Source: the human T2T-CHM13v2.0 reference genome, Homo sapiens. Taken from it: a stretch of DNA of 64,000 nucleotides. The notes under the pieces were generated by a model. The model saw only the letters and a list, made by a program, of their open reading frames with translations, searched no databases and was not told the DNA's origin. A program made the translations under genes and the position numbers. The stretch lies in assembly GCF_009914755.1 (NCBI RefSeq), contig NC_060940.1; one strand, 5' to 3'. Position 1 is the first letter of the stretch. Each line of letters opens with the position of its first letter. Shown here one piece after another: positions 61,990 through 64,000 of the stretch.

Positions 61990-63021
61990 TGCAGGGAAAG
62001 AAATATATTTTTTTCAATCTTTATAAATTCCTAGGTGGAATGCATTTCTATAACAAAAGACAAATTAACAAGAGAAAAACAGAAGTGTATTAACATGTGT
62101 ATTTCACATAGACAGGGGAGATACCCAAGGAAGGAGGATTCTTTAGAGAGATGTCTTTGAATTCTAGCTTAAATAGCATCTTCAACAAAGAACAGTAAGT
62201 TTTTTTTCCACCTGAAAAAAAAAACTCATGTATTAAAATATTAAACTTGCTCAGAATATTGGAAAAAGTTGCCTATTTCATAAGTTCTCGTTTGTTTGTG
62301 TCCCAAGTGTCTTGTCATTCCAGGCCACTCTAATTCTTGGGTATTAATAAACAGTTTGAGGTATAGTAAGTCCTCTAGATCAGATAAATAAAACTGAAGA
62401 TAGTCAGAGTTCCCAAAAGGCAGGCACAGCGTAGTTAGGCAGGACCACAGGGGAAGCAGCAGGGTTGGTCAGGATGCAGAGGGAGGGGTACTCCGAGCAA
62501 GCACCTTTCCTGTGCTGCCTGACACGTTTGTGCCCTCCATTATCTACTCGTTCAGCGCACATTCACTGCCCACTGGGCCTGTTCCAGCGACCAAAGCACG
62601 CCAAGGGGAGAAGCAGGCAGAGATCTCCATTTCAGTGGGCTGACAGCCCACCAAGATGCCCGTGGTCCCACCCTTCAGAGAACCGTAAGTTTTTAGAGAA
62701 GCAGCAAGACAAAGAAAAAGAACATTGAGTCTCTACAGGAAGGTAAGTAGATGAAACACAGAGGCTAGTTCGCAAAGCTTGTTAATGTTGTTTCCTCTGG
62801 TACCATCTCCAGGCCAATGAGGGTCATAGGTATCTTCAGTGATTTACCTTTGTTCTCCCTGATTGAGAGGGGGAGTGGGACAATTTGTCTTCGTAAGTCT
62901 ATGCCATGCTTTTGGTCAAATAGAAGGAAGAGCAGAGAGCTTTTCTGCGTTTGCCTTTTCTTAGTTGCTTTCACCTCAACAATCCTTCCTGTTTGGAGAT
63001 GGTGTATGTTGATCTGCAACA
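61990..63021 (-). mobile_element. ERV1 MER4-group solo LTR (MER31/MER67-like), split by a 490-bp insert
   Basis: 'ataacaaaagacaaattaacaagagaaaaacagaag...agcatcttcaacaaagaaca' continues as 'agagaagcagcaagacaaagaaaaagaac' after 62694. Confidence 0.7.
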
Positions 63022-63628
63022 TACCCATTAGCTACGTAGCCATTAACAAAAACAAACAACACTGACAACTACCATTTATTGAGCACAAACTGAATACCGG
63101 TCCTCTACGTATATTATCTCATCTCATCTTCACAACAGCCCTGGAAGCTAGACAATATCTTACAAGTTTGCAGATGAAACAGAGGCCCACGTTTGCAGAG
63201 CTATCACGTGGTAAGGATGGAATTCATTCCCAGGTCCGATTCTTCCAAGACCTGCCCCCTTTCCCGTTGCACTTTGTGGCAGGCATCTTCTGTCAGCTGC
63301 TCTGGAGAAGCACTGCTTTTTCTCATACTAAAATCCAAAAATTTCTCCAAGGGCTCCTCAGAAGGAGGGCCCTGTGTAAGATAATGAGCTTTGCAAGAGC
63401 CTTAGAGCAAACACAAAAGCAAATTAAAGGGTGATTTCTCAGCCACCCTTACGGTTCTCTGAGGGGTGGGACCACGGGCATCTTGGTGGGCTGTCAGCCC
63501 ATTGAAATGGAGATATCCGCCTGCTTCTCCCCTTGGCGTGCTTTGGTTGCTGGAACAGGCCCAGAGGGCAGTGAATGTGTGCTGAACGAGTAGATAACGG
63601 AGGGCACAAACGTGTCAGGCAGCACAGG
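62509..63628. repeat. Inverted repeat: arms 62509-62689 and 63448-63628 (181 bp, 8 mismatches), 758-bp spacer
   Basis: Manual alignment of one arm to the reverse complement of the other, no indels. Confidence 0.96.
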
Positions 63629-63927
63629 CACGGTGGCTCACGCCTGTAATCCCAGCACTTTGGGAGGCCGAGGCAGGTGGATCACAAGGTCAGGAGTTCA
63701 ATACCAGCCTGGCCAAGATGGTGAAAGCCCGTCTCTACTAAAAATACAAAAAAAAAAAAAAAAATTAGCCAGGTGTGGTGGTGGGTGCCTGGAATCCCAG
63801 CTACTTGGGAGGCTGAGGCAGAGAATTGCTTGAACCTGGGAGGCAGAGATTACAGTGACCTGAGATCGCACCACTGCACTCCAGCCTGGGTGACAGAGTG
63901 AGATTCCGTCTCAAAGGAAAAAAAAAA
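63625..63927 (+). mobile_element. Alu (AluSg-type) with no recognisable TSD
   Basis: 'gatcacaaggtcaggagttc..ggccaagatgg','gaggcagagaattgc'; 5' end fused to the inverted-repeat arm through CAGG. Confidence 0.93.
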
Positions 63928-64000
63928 TTGAAAGGATGATTTTTCACTTGGCTCCTACATACAGGTGGCTAGCATCATGCCAAGGTGAAGTTTGGCAAGA

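Overview
Primate (very likely human) non-coding, repeat-dense DNA. I recognise no cellular protein-coding exon or RNA gene, and nearly all listed ORFs come from Alu, L1, ERV or simple repeats. The main feature is a two-LTR HERV-H provirus on the - strand (32018-38791, 5-bp TSD CTTGG, tRNA-His PBS, LTR7up-like LTRs, long open gag MA-CA frame, RT catalytic motif and most of env deleted). An octamer-rich LTR9-like solo LTR lies ~2.5 kb upstream of its promoter. Also present are a 5'-truncated L1PA2/3 nested in a MER41-type LTR nested in an old L1, many Alus, MaLR/ERV1 solo LTRs, DNA-transposon relics and several tandem repeats, including an indel-free 24-bp array. The oddest structure is at the right end: a 490-bp non-repeat insert flanked by a direct repeat splits an LTR, and 181 bp of it recur ~96% identical in inverted orientation 758 bp downstream. 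This looks like a local template-switch or local retro-insertion event. Repeat subfamily names come from recalled consensus sequences, not from a database search, and boundaries of old repeats are approximate.
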